The notes beneath the pieces are model-generated. The model did no database searches and was not told where the DNA came from. It was given only the letters and a program-made list of their open reading frames with translations. The position numbers and the translations under genes are program-made. Positions 14,706 to 27,056 of a stretch of 64,000 bases of DNA are shown here, piece after piece (position 1 is the first letter of the stretch; each line of letters opens with the position of its first letter). The stretch lies in NCBI GenBank assembly GCA_000182565.2, contig KQ257469.1. One strand, written 5' to 3'. Source of the stretch: Spizellomyces punctatus DAOM BR117. Its lineage: Eukaryota.

Positions 14706-15170
14706 TTCACAATGTAACGTTTCAACAATATTACTTGGATATATGGCCCTCAACCTCGCGCACCCCACGAACTCCAAATTCGGCTGACTCTCATCCAACT
14801 ACCCCGCAAATATCACCGCCGCGGATAACACGTGGAATGTCTGCCAACAAGGACATGTACGTACATTGGTCGCATGGCAATGGTGGAGTCCATACTCAGC
14901 TCACAGATAGTGGATCGTTGTGTTCAGCTCTGTATGGGCGGAAACACGAGCCTTGCTGCGCGAAATGTGTACAGACGACGCATTGGCAGTAAGTCCAGGA
15001 ACCTTCTTAGACGCCATATGGAAGAATGTGCCGATAATAAGAGATTGTGCCAAGCTCACCCTTATCCTTCATGCAATACTGGGCGCTTCTTGTGAACTTG
15101 CCAGTTTAGAGGCTACCAGCAGCAAGATGCGCAGGAGTTCATTCGATATCTACTTGATCGGAGAGCGTAG
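14706..15170 (+). pseudogene. Decayed internal fragment of a ubiquitin-specific protease (USP3/44/49-like)
   Basis: SVWAETRALLREMC...VSPGTFLDAIWKNVPI joined to FRGYQQQDAQEFIRYLLDR, then a premature TAG. The second intron donor reads ATAAGA rather than GTAAGA. No Cys or His box found nearby. Confidence 0.7.
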
Positions 15171-15263
15171 AGTCCCCTGCCCGCGATACAATGATTTGCA
15201 GTTTAGTTTTCTTTTCGAGCTCTGAAGATTTGGAATACGATAGTATTTGCGCATATGCTCGCT

Positions 15264-15647
15264 TTACAGAGACTGTTCCTTTGGATACCATTTCTCCCAA
15301 CCCCATCCTCTTCCGATCAATTTCCACGAATTTTCATCACCGACAGCCACTCCTGCTCCCAGAGCCTCTAATGCATGCATAACATAGTCCCAAAACTTGT
15401 CCGTCTCATCATTTTCGAACACGTATCGTCCGGGAACACGAAAGAAGACGTCCGGCTCAGGCGTTACCCGTCGTACTTGTATTTCGATCAAAGCATGAGA
15501 TGTCATATTGCTCATATTTTGACTAATGAACTCATCAACTAAAAGAAAATTAATCTCAGTCATTTGGAGCAACGCACAACAATAGTATCCACCTTTCTTG
15601 AACACTCCAAAAGGTGCAGTTGCATCTGCGAATACATAATTCGACAC
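15264..15647 (-). CDS. Small hypothetical protein (start unresolved)
   Basis: Open frame with globular-looking composition (...PEPDVFFRVPGRYVFENDETDKFWDYVMHALEALG...) and plausible short introns; the ORF-track start is GTG. Confidence 0.3.
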   Translation of the reverse strand: MSNYVFADATAPFGVFKKGGYYCCALLQMTEINFLLVDEFISQNMSNMTSHALIEIQVRRVTPEPDVFFRVPGRYVFENDETDKFWDYVMHALEALGAGVAVGDENSWKLIGRGWGWEKWYPKEQSL

Positions 15648-16618
15648 AACAGTAAGTCTTTAGTAAGTATCAAAAAGACCGTACACCATGCATACTGCTC
15701 TGAGGCATCTCTTGGCAGTGGTTTATGTTGTGTAAAAAAAGAACTTGCTGTGGGATAAAAACACGAAGCGAGCCCGGGTGGACGCCATTTGAAAAGAGGA
15801 TGGTCCCCATTAGAGTGGACTAGCGTGATCCCACATGACCAAACGTGTCGATGATTTAACGACCTGCGATGTCCATCCACTTTTCTACATAGCATATACT
15901 AGTTGAACATGCTTTAAAAATGTAAGAGAAAACAGGCGGAGTATGCATCAGATAATAATTTCTGTATATGTACTCTGTGATATACCCAGCAAAATGTGTG
16001 AATCTAATGGGTCAAAACATCGGGCATGTCCAATTGAGATTTGGGGCTAGTATACACTACAGTACTGTGTAATGGGGAGTACCCAATTGATGATAATGGT
16101 TGTTTTTTATTTACTGAACGTTTTCCCAGACTAGGATAACCGTCTCCCAAATACTAGCGGGGACGTTGGCATATGCTCAGAGTATTGAGGTTGTGCTGTG
16201 AAAGATAATCCACATCCAGGTTGAAAGTTTGTCTACAAGCCGGTCCATTCCAAGCCATATGTACAGCAATCTTCTTGTAGTAGAGTCACCCATGTCCTGC
16301 GAGAGCTTTGTTAGCAAAAGCATATCCCATGCATCGTGAAGAGAAACACATTCGCGAGTTTTCAACAGGACAGTTCATCTGAGGGTCTGTTCCTCCTTGG
16401 AATAGCCTTCAGTGTGATCGCACTGTCATGTCTTTTGTGCCTAATACAGACGCCCACATGTCATGCAAACCAGCAGTGTGTATCTGCAGGTTGCCATCCA
16501 TCACATGCGTCGTTTCTGGCGCTAAAGGAGTGAAAAATACTCTGTAAGGGGTTTCAAGTAACTGCAAGTCCAAGAACAACAGACAGCTCTATCATTATGT
16601 ACAACCAGCAATCACCTG

Positions 16619-17380
16619 CTAGCTAACAATCTTCCAACAAACCCGCCATAAAACAACATAAGAAAACCCTACGACCCAAATGGCCCCTACAAAAGCCGCA
16701 ACAACTGCCAGTAGAACAATTCCACACAGACAAGCCGCACATGCATCGCCTCCACCAGCCATCCCGGCGTCTCTAAACCATAGTGCACCTGGCCCTTGTG
16801 TGCATGGGCAACAAGGTCCACAGCCAGCATCTCCACGTTGAGAGTCGTCATCAGAATCTTCATTCTCAACGTCGTCCTCGCGCTGTATCTTGCCATATAA
16901 AGCCCAATCCCACCACTCGTACTTTAGACACCCTGTCGCAACCATCGTGAAAAGGAAAGCAAGGAACAAGAGACCCATCAAGGAGAAGAGGACAAACCCA
17001 GTCAGGACAACCATAGAATAGGGTGGCCTGCCGTGGTACACGACCCTTCTCAGGAATTGGTAACCGATAAACCCACTAAACGCCAACAAGACCGCCAGAT
17101 GGAGTGTAAACAGCAAAATGGCTGATATCACCGTTTTGGTGTCATTTTTGGGTCGACGGGATTTGATTGTTGTTGTTGTTGGGAGGGGAAGAGTTGTGTA
17201 TGGCGGAGGAGGTTGGGATGGATTACTGGGAGTAGGCGGGGCTGTTGGGGGGTACACATGACTGCCTCCATACGGCGGCGGTGGTAATCCATCACTCACA
17301 AGGGTGGTGGTGGGTGATAATGTGGACGATGAACCTAGCGTAACGATAGGCTCACCAGCAATGTTCACCGATGCTGACAT
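16619..17380 (-). CDS. Membrane protein with N-terminal PPxY motifs, about 3 TM segments and a Cys-rich stretch
   Basis: Single 253-aa ORF with PPPPYG, PPPPYT, hydrophobic helices and CGPCCPC...CAACLC. Confidence 0.7.
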   Translation of the reverse strand: MSASVNIAGEPIVTLGSSSTLSPTTTLVSDGLPPPPYGGSHVYPPTAPPTPSNPSQPPPPYTTLPLPTTTTIKSRRPKNDTKTVISAILLFTLHLAVLLAFSGFIGYQFLRRVVYHGRPPYSMVVLTGFVLFSLMGLLFLAFLFTMVATGCLKYEWWDWALYGKIQREDDVENEDSDDDSQRGDAGCGPCCPCTQGPGALWFRDAGMAGGGDACAACLCGIVLLAVVAAFVGAIWVVGFSYVVLWRVCWKIVS

Positions 17381-18176
17381 GAAAAGGGAAACATGGTCAA
17401 GTGCGGCAAGTTCCTTTTATTTAAAAATCAAAAAAAAAAAAAGAAATCGTGGCTGTTCAGTCTAATTAGAAAAGACTGCCGTAGCACGAGAAAAAATGGG
17501 ATACGGTTTTGGGAACACTCCAAAGCATTGCGCAGCAAAAGACAACAAAAACGACGACTTGCAGCAGCAGCAGCAGCAAGCGAACAATCCATCACTCAGT
17601 CCCTGTTTTTTTACTTGTAATCTCTGCATTGTCGTTTCTCGCTCATTGGAACACTAGCACACTATTGAATGGATAAAGAACAACCAGCAATGCTGAGCAC
17701 ACATAAAAAAATAATGCTGTAAACCATCTCTTTTTAAACAAAACCCTCAGGGCTATCAAGACATTTTTGGTCACAACCGTTTTCAGGAAACGAACGATCC
17801 GGACCATTGCTTTTGTGAAATGATAAGGTAGGAATGTCGTAAGTTAAAACGGCAACTTGAGTTATTGCTCCCCCCGTCACGCGACATTCAAAAAGATATT
17901 TATTCTTTTGGCACACTTGTCCATTCTACGCCCTTGCATCCCTTGTTCCCTTGTCCTGCTGATCCTTTAAGCACCCTGTAAGAGACTCAACGCCGCCACG
18001 GTCAGCAAAAGATCCGATTCTGCAAAATAGTATTTTTATATGGAACTTTTTATTATTATCCTACTACTGCTTCATATGAGGTCGTCAAGCAGTTTAATGA
18101 TATGAAATAGTCTTTATTAGATAATGATTCTATATAAGTATCCCTTCCCACTCCATGACTTGTCAAGAAAAAGCCC

Positions 18177-21100
18177 TTATCGCTTGGGCTTCCTGAAAAG
18201 ATAGGTGAAGAAGACCGTCACGACAATGTTAAATATCCAATAGCAGATGAAAATGCCCAAATTCCTCCACCGGTTTCCAAAATCCCAATCATACACATCA
18301 ATGTACTGATTGCCGTCTGCAAATTGACAATAGTCGCAAGTAGTGGTACTGTTGGGATTCGCAATGTAGCCGGGTGCACCGATGGAAAAGAACTCTTTTG
18401 TATAGTCGTAACAAGTTGTGTTTGGCGGTGCAGAGAAGCGAATGAAATCTTCGTCCGTGCATTGTACAGGCACGTCATGAAGAACGTTGACCACAAAGCC
18501 TTCCAGGAGATAATGGTATGGATCCAGTGGATACATCCATGCCTTCCAGAACTCGGCGAGCGCTTGTGGGGGGATAAGGACACCACAGAAGAGAATGAGG
18601 AAGGAGAAAANNNNNNNNNNNNNNNNNNNNNNNNNNNNNNNNNNNNNNNNNNNNNNNNNNNNNNNNNNNNNNNNNNNNNNNNNNNNNNNNNNNNNNNNNN
18701 NNNNNNNNNNNNNNATGTTGGCGCAGAAAGCACTGTGGATACAAACCAGTGGTTAGATATTTGTATCAAAAGAAAGATGATTTACGACACACAGATACAT
18801 ACGCAACGGCCTGTCCCAGCGACACAGCGTAGAACAAGTAGAACGTGAGCAGCAAGAAGAAATAGAATCCTCGTTCCGCCGAGGTTCCGAGTCCAGCAGT
18901 CCAGTACGAGACGATGAAACAGAAAGCAGACGTGATGACCAGGTATGGGAGCTCAGTGAGCACAATCGAAATCGCAAACGGTACAAATCCATAAAACTTG
19001 CTAGCGTATTCGCGTCGGAAATAGGCTCTTTGCTGCATGAACTGAGGTTGGGCGAGAATGATAACTGAATTTCCCAAAACGAGCAACTGGAAAATGAAAA
19101 AGATACGGGATGCAAGGTCGGAAGTGGAATTGCCGAGTTGGTAAAACGTAAAACCGTTGAAAAGACCAACGAAAAGGGCGTTGAGGAATCGACCAAAGTT
19201 GTACGTGGTATCACGCCAGAATACAAGGTTCATTCTTTTGTAGACCTGAGCGAGTTGGTAACCCATCGATGTCGAGAATTCACGGGCATTGGGGTCCTTG
19301 GGTTGTGATCCAGCGCCTTTGGAAATGGTGTTGAGTTCCTCAGTGACAGACTTCTTTTCCGGACTGTTCTTCCAGACGTCCGCCCAGTCAATTGCAGATT
19401 TGCCACCAGAGACACCGGCACCGATCACCTGCAGAATGTACTCTGCAGGATTCTCCTCGGTTGAGGCCTTGCGTGCACCGTTGCGCTCAAAGTAATCCAA
19501 CATAACCTTTGAATCCTTTCCAATATCGCCAAAGTATACAGTTTTACCACCGCGAGCCAACAAGAGCAATCGGTCAAAGTGTTCAAACAAGATCGAGGAA
19601 GGTTGATGGATGGTACAAACGAGGGGCATGCCGTGATCCGCGAGTTTCCGAATAAACTTGATGATATTGTAGGAAGACTGGGCGTCGAGACCAGAGGTGG
19701 GTTCATCCAAGAACATGAGTCGGGGTTTACCAACAAGTTCCATTCCAATAGTCAGACGCTTGCGTTCCTCCACAGAAATACCACGACCAGTGTCCAAACT
19801 ACCAATGAGGGCATCACCAAGTTGAGTCATTTCCATCATGTCCAAAACTTTCTCGACGTAGGCGTATTTTTCTTCGATGGGTACCGAGGGGTCTTGACGC
19901 ATCATGGCAGAGAACCGGAGAGCTTCACGCACGGTTTGGTTGGGGTTATGGATATCCATTTGTTCAACATATCCAGTGATACGCTCAAAGTCAATGCCGA
20001 GTTCTTTACCGTCGAGGAAAACCTTTCCGTCAATGCGACCGATAGTCTTACGCTTCGCCAATACATCAAGAAGTGTTGTCTTTCCAGCACCAGAGGATCC
20101 CATGAGGGCGGTCATCTGTCCAGGCTTGATCCAGCCTTCGACGGCGTCCAAGAGCTGTCTTTCGCCGCCCTTTACGGGAACAGTGTAATTGACATCTTGC
20201 CATGTAAATGTAGTATCGCTCGCAAATCCGGTATCGCTCTCCTCTGTTGCAACCTCAGAGACTTTGAGTTCGCTCGTGTCGTTTTGTTTGGGAGCTTTTC
20301 CCTTTTTGTAGACTTGACGCGTGTATCCTCCTTCGATCAAATCAATGTATTCCATGGCAATACAGTTGAGGAGAATGAACAGGAACCAGAAGAGCACGAT
20401 GGCGATAATGCTAATGTTCATTTGACTTTCTTTGTAGCCAAAAGTTTCGCGGACGTAGTCTTCACCTCGGACGAATAGCTCGTTACCAGATTGTCCTTTG
20501 AGCGTGCACGTTCGGTAGAGGTCATTGGTATATGAGGGTCCAAAGGGTACAGCTTCGGTTCCAGTGCACGGGAAGATTAGACCTTTCATTTCGTTAAGGA
20601 GGAGAGCCTTGAAACCGTAGCCCAATGGGTTGATATAGTACAACTAGATAGAAATCAATGGATGGTGAGCTTCCTGCAATCGGCTACCGTCGCATAAAGA
20701 GATAAAGCATACCCAAATGAACCATCCGTGCATCTTATCCGTAGTAATCAAAAATCCGTTATACGACAGGGCCGCAATCAAAATGATGTTTGCAAGTTGT
20801 GATGCGCTGAAATACGATTTGCAGACACTTCCACAAAGCCTAAACACCTCTGTCATGCAGAGACCAGTGACAAAGATTGTAAACACAAACACAAAGAAAG
20901 CGCCAGCGTCCGTTCTGAGTCCTTCTATAAAGTAGGCACAGATCGAAAACGCAAACACTTGCAACAGGGTATTTGGTATATCTGCTACGACGGCGGCGAT
21001 GTGATAGGCGGAGGGGTAGTACATTGCGTAAGATTTGTGCTTGGCGAGAATCCGACGACCACGCATGGCATTGGGAAGTTCAGAGAGAGACTGTATTCAA

Positions 21101-23094
21101 GGTATTATATTAGTACGAGCCATGAATGAAACGTAATGCAGGCCAAGACTCACCATCAGGGCGTTAAACATGAGGGAAGAAAACAAGGCTGCACCACGAA
21201 CGAAAGCACCGTTGGCATTGAGCGGTAGGTTGACATAGATTGTCGCGTAAATAAAGGCTTTGATAATCGTGAGGATAAGCTTGCCGATCAACGAGGCCTT
21301 GTCACCCGTCATGAGTTGTAGCTCACGAGCAACAAGGGCCTTGACTTGCTCATAAAAGTTGTTGGTATAAATGGTAGAGGCACGAGTACCCTTTGTCTTG
21401 GCTTGGAGAACCGTATCGTGGAATTCACGGTACGGTTGTTCCTTCTCAACAAAGGATTCATATTCGGAAATATCCATTTTCAAGCGCCTGTAGTCGTCTG
21501 AATTTTTAAAGTAGGCTTCCATGTCAACGGGATTACTGGGTACTTTGGCCCGGTCAACACCAGGCTGGTACAAGCGCTCGTTGGGGTTGGTGATACCGGT
21601 CAAGAAATCAGGCGTACTCTTCCGAGGCTCACAAGCGTATCCCATTTCCTGGAAGTACTTTTTGGCCCGGTTGACGGGACCAAAGAAGATCATGCGTCCT
21701 TTGTCAAGGACCATGACCTTGTCAAAGAGTTGGTACATGTCCTCGGACGCTTGGTAGAATGAGGCGATGGTTGTCTTGTTAAGAGTGTCACTCATGATCC
21801 GGAGACCACGGGTATAATCCAGAGCCGAAGCAGCGTCCAAGCCACGAGTACTGCAATCCCAGCAGTTGACGGCTGCACGAGCAGTCTAGCAATGGCAGCA
21901 ACCGAGTTAGCAACATGAGCTTCCATTTCAGACGTAAAAAAAAACAAAATACCCACCATGGCTTCTGTAATGGTCATACGCTTTCGCTCACCACCAGACA
22001 ATCCACGAACCCATTCGTTACCCACCAACGTGTTGATTTGCTTTGTGAGACCAAACATGTTGGTGAGCATGTATACAACCTTTTGTCTGAACTCGCGGCG
22101 GGTCAAATCGGGAAGTCGCTTGCCAGGTGTTTTGGTCTTTAGGGCAAAGTGGAGGGTTTCTTTGACAGTGAGAGTAGGAAAGTGGCTGCAATAGGCGACG
22201 ACAAATAAGAAACGTGATGCTTGTTAACAGTTAATGTCAATTCTTGACTTACGTGTCTTCCTCAGCAGTGTAAATGGCCTCTCCTGCAAATCTCCCGAAT
22301 TCGGATGCAGGAACACCACCGTAAGTGATGACACCTTGGATATCCTTGTAGGTTTTGGTATCATTCGCCATAACGCGCAGGAACGAAGAACAGCCGGAAC
22401 CCGGACGTCCAAGAACCAAAAGCATTTCTCCATCCTTGACCACACCGTTGAGTTCGTGTAGGATATCAAAGTCTGTTCCCTTCTGTTCTTTGCGGAACCT
22501 GTTTATTTTTCGATAATCGGTTAATCGGGGAGGAATGATCGGCACGTGTCGCGTTATCTGAATGGTAAATGAGACTTACCAAGAGAGTGGATTCAAGGCT
22601 TTCAAGCCATCAACGATGACGTCTCCCACATTGGAAATGCTGCTGGCATCAGCACCTTCACCAACGACGGTCAAGCCCTTGAAGACGACACCCATTCGCT
22701 TTCTCCCAATACCCTGCTCTGACGCTGCACGAACACTAGACTCTAAAAAGTCTTTCAGGTCAAATTGCTGCCCTTCTTCCACGATTACGTCAGCACCGCC
22801 TTCCAAGTCGGTAAGACCGATTTTCATGTCATCGGCCCCAACTTTGTTCGTCTTGTTCGTCTTGCTGCTTTTCATAGAGGGATCACGGGTAAGGGTTCGT
22901 CGCAATTCCAGCTCTGCACGGTGGAATTCTGACACTCCCTCGTCGACATTGACCTGTTGACCTTGCTGGTCATCATCTTCGATTGGTCGTGCGCCGTCAT
23001 TGACATCACCGAAAGCGTCACGGAGAGTGGGAACACCTCCAGTAGAGACTGCGTCTGCAGCGTTATAGCGAGGAGGACCGCTAACGCTCTCCAT
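18177..23094 (-). CDS. Full-size PDR/ABCG multidrug ABC transporter (multi-exon, spans an assembly gap)
   Basis: NBD1 [22 protein letters not shown] and [17 protein letters not shown]2 [33 protein letters not shown] and CTIHQPS. Confidence 0.95.
18611..18714. other. Assembly gap (104 N)
   Basis: Run of N inside the 3' part of the ABC transporter. Confidence 1.
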
Positions 23095-24264
23095 TTAATA
23101 CAGTGTTTGAGGTCGTATAAGTGTAATGTGTGTATATGAGGAGTAGTGTTTTTCCACTCTGAACGAGGGACAGGTAGAGGACACTAGCAGTGTTCCTACG
23201 AGTCTACCAACTACAAAATGCTAGCCAACGACGTAGACCGAGCACAATAAAAAATAAAAGTCCAATATGAAAATACAGTTGAAACAAAAAACCGGAGGGG
23301 AGCAAGAAGGAGATGTCCCTTTATATAGCTATCGTTTATTAATACAGATTGTGAAATAAAAGCCCGAGACCTTTAGAAAGTCAAAAGTAAGAAAATGGAT
23401 GAAATCCACAACCGAACGATCGGCTAAAATCAAATGGAAGAACGCGCGCAAGTGATGAGGTAATCAACTTTTGAACACTCGGCAGATTTCGCACGCCTTG
23501 CTTTTGTTATCCGCCATTTGTTGGTGAAAAGCCCAACTACAAGATCACAATAGCAACAAACTGCAAAGCATGCAAAAAAAAGATTTCTTTTATCGACAGC
23601 TAAACACAATTTGAAAGTCATATCTCTACCAATGGCACAACTATACTAGTGTGTGTGTGTATGTGTATGTGTGTGTGGCGGTTGCCCCCCAGCTGTAGGT
23701 CATTAATGACATGCTCCGGTCCAACGCTCGTGTTCTTGAATGCATATCCATAAAGCATTGTATTTGGCCGGAGAGACACCCCACCCTTCAAGTTCCAACA
23801 GAACATTCGTCCCTAAAGTCCAAGGGAACTGTCGCGCACGCCTTTAAGGATCAAGTGGCGTTGCAGGGTAGCAAATCACGTGGACAAGTGTGCAAAAATC
23901 CTTCCGTCGGCTGGTGAGCTTTTTGAAGAGCTTTTTGATATGGGCGCAGTACGAAGAAAGAAACCAAGACTCCAAAAACCGCTTTTTGCTTTTGCAACTT
24001 GGCGGCAGTTTTTCTTTTGGCTGTCAACCCTTTTTACGGGGGGATTTGCAACAATCAACAAGACTTAACGAATCACAACAACGTGGCGAACAAAAGCTTT
24101 TTGCGTATGGAACGGCCAACGCTAAATGGGTATCTTTTGCAAAACGAAAAACATGCAAATCCGCCGTTGACCATCGTTATACAGCAAAAGTAGTATGGCA
24201 AAAGGTTAAAAAAAGAGGTCTACAGTTATCCAACAGCACCTAAAAAAAAATGCCACGCCTCGCA

Positions 24265-27056
24265 TCATCGCTGCGGTTCGTACTTTTTTGTCTGCGCTTT
24301 GATGGACGGCAACTGCATTGGGACCCGATCTTCGCTCCCTCCGCCGCCTCCTGCTCCGGGACCGGTCGTCCCGACATGTTTAGGTTTGCTCGATAGGGAG
24401 GGAAGAACAAAAGTGTCCTGAAATTGTTGGGTTTTAATATGGTACGATCGCATTTTTTCTTTGTTTGTTATCGACGAAAGACAAGTACCTTTTGTCCCAT
24501 TATCCCATGCTTCGCACGCATTTTTTCAGCATCTGGTTTGGCGACTGTGAGGGAGGGGAGGGTTGTCGGCTGTGATGGATGATGGTATTGCTGCGGTTGT
24601 TGTGACACACCGGCAATGGACGGAAGCTATTCAAAAAAAACCAACGTTGGCATATACAAATTACAGTGGTTTGATAATTCGACAGTACGAGACCCACCTT
24701 GTGTACAGTTGTCATATTCTTTGCCACCAGACTATGCCCCCATTGTCCTGCTCCCCTAGCATCCCCTCCTGGCACATTCTGCCGTCGTCCAGCACTAGGC
24801 CCACCCCCTCTCTTCCTGCCAGATGGAGCTCGTATTCGCCTTGCCCTCGCCAAAACACTCTCTGCTGCCTTCTTATCATCCATCTGCTGCTTGAATTTCG
24901 CATAGAAAGATGACGTTGAAAGTGACGAGGTTGTGGAATGCGTGTCGCTGGTATCTGGTTGACGGACATGAAGAGGTGGGACGCTCAGGATAGGAGGGAG
25001 AGTCGAGGTTGCAGTGGGTGGTGAAGGAGGATGGGCCTGCGGAGCGTGGCGAGCGGTAATGTGCTGGGGCACTGCATGGAGAGTTTCGCTTTGTGGTTCA
25101 GGAACTGGGTGATTGATGGGTTGGAGGGGAGGTCGCGTCGTGTCTTGGGGTTTGGGCACTGCATGCTTTGGCTCATGCTTTCGCTCGTGCTGTTGTTCAT
25201 GCTTTTGTTCATGCTTTGATTCATGCTTTGATTCATGTGGCTGTGACGGTTGTCCCCCGCCAGCGGCTTCCGTCTTCTTTACAGGATCATGTCGTGTGTC
25301 TGCTGGTGCATGATGAACAGGCTCAACTGCGACAGGTGCGGATTCTGCCACGGCTTTCTGGGGCAATGTGGGGAGCGATGGCGCCTGAGCAACTGGTTTC
25401 GGTGCTTTGATATATGTATATGAAGGCGCTGGTTTCTCCTCTACAGGTGCTGCATCCAGCTAAGAGGGAACGAAAGCATATTGAGCTCCCGAGGTCACCA
25501 GTCCATGGGGCCTCACTAGGCAACCTACCTCGTTGCTACTCTTCTTTTTTATTGGAACCGATGGTAGCGACCCTTGTTGAGCAAGTGAGGCGATCCTTTT
25601 GGCAGATCGCAAAGCAGCGGCTGATCGTGAACTTTTACTTCTCTCCATTTCCGGCTGGAGATCTCGAAAGTAAGCATGCTTGAGCGCCTCTCGCGATGTT
25701 ATTCTAGAGCGATAGACAGACGTTAAATCGCTTGCCAAGTCGAGTGTTTACAAAAGCAACTTGTGGCATACCGCTCCTCTGGGTTGTACGCAAGAAGGGC
25801 ATTAATCAAATCGACACAGTCTTGACTAATATGTGGAATCAGTGGTCGAATCCCCGTTCCCTCCTTTTGGGGGAAATTGTACTTTAGCGAGTTCATTTTC
25901 GGCCTGCCATCACAAAAATCAAAGGTATGAGGACATCATGCAGTTTCTGGCCAAAACCACATCGCTCTAGTATCAAGCATCACCTACCCAAGCATGTGCT
26001 TCAAAAGGTCCTTGCTGGGCGTGCCCATCACTGCATGAATCCTATGCAGCTGATCCAACTCGTTTGTCCCGGGGAAAAGTGGAACCCTCGACACGATTTC
26101 AAACAAGACACAACCCGCCCCCCATATGTCCATTTTATACGAGTAAATGCCTTCGGTGAGGAGGCATTCCGGGGACCGGTACCATCTTGTGGCAATGTAT
26201 TCGGTGTAGGGTTGCTTGGAGTGAATGCCACGGCAAGATCCAAAGTCGGCGATTTTGATGTTGTTGTCTTTGACGAGGATGTTCTAGGTGTAGGAGGGAA
26301 GCGTTGAATTTCCACACAAAGGTGAACTTGGGGAACTGCCAGAATGACTTACCTCAGGCTTAATGTCACGATGAAAAATCCCCTTTCTACAATATGTAAC
26401 AGATGTTAATACCCCATTGTCCAGCTTATATTCTCCATCGCTCTCAAAACGCTCACCCTACCCATGAATATACTCCAGAGCCTTACAAATCTGGTACATG
26501 AACAGCTTGGCCTTTCCCTCCGTTATGCTTGCCGATGTCTTCCGCTGAGAGATGAGCTCATACAGATTACATTCCATCAGTTCAAAGTTGAGGCTGAGAA
26601 TTCCATGTTTGGGGTCGCTGGGAAGGACACGGTCACAAGATGAGAAACGACCCAGCCGAACAAACAAGTATCGGAAACTTACAAGATGATGTCCTCAAGA
26701 TCAATGATATGTTGGTGAGGGTTGAGACGACGAAGTGCTTGGATTTCGCGCAGGTTTTCAATTTCGTCGTAGCTTTGCGAATGGCAATGGATATCAATGT
26801 ATGTCAGTGATGAGGCAATACGGATTGTATTTACCTGTTGAAGTGCTTTCGGAACCGCTTCATGGCAGAGATCTTCCCAGACTTTTTTTGCTTTACTTTC
26901 AGGACTTCCGAGAATGTGCCTTCTCCCAGCTTGCACATTAGGCGGTAGTCTGATGTAGGGTGTTAGATAAGGGAGGAGGGCAACACAAGAGTATTCGCTG
27001 ATCGTACCTTCCAACTTGCTCGTTGTCCCGCGATCCTCTGTCTCCTCTTTACCCAT
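24265..27056 (-). CDS. MOK: MAPK/MAK/MRK-overlapping kinase (RCK family) with a long low-complexity C-terminal tail
   Basis: LGEGTFSEV, NLREIQALRRLNPH, IFHRDIKPE, ADFGSCRGIHSKQPYTEYIATRWYRSPECLLTEG. The 3' exon boundaries are less certain. Confidence 0.88.
25165..25237 (-). repeat. Coding 12-bp tandem repeat (HESK/HEQK units) in the MOK tail
   Basis: Translates as HESKHESKHEQKHEQQHERKHEPKH. Confidence 0.8.

Noticed and set aside
15264-15647. Possible MNT antitoxin partner for the HEPN-like gene
   Set aside because: There is no GS...DxD nucleotidyltransferase motif; the resemblance (PEPDVFFRV) is too weak.
19579-20478. 299-aa plus-strand ORF (also 58216-59142 + and 4869-5576 -)
   Set aside because: These are antisense shadows of well-supported genes.
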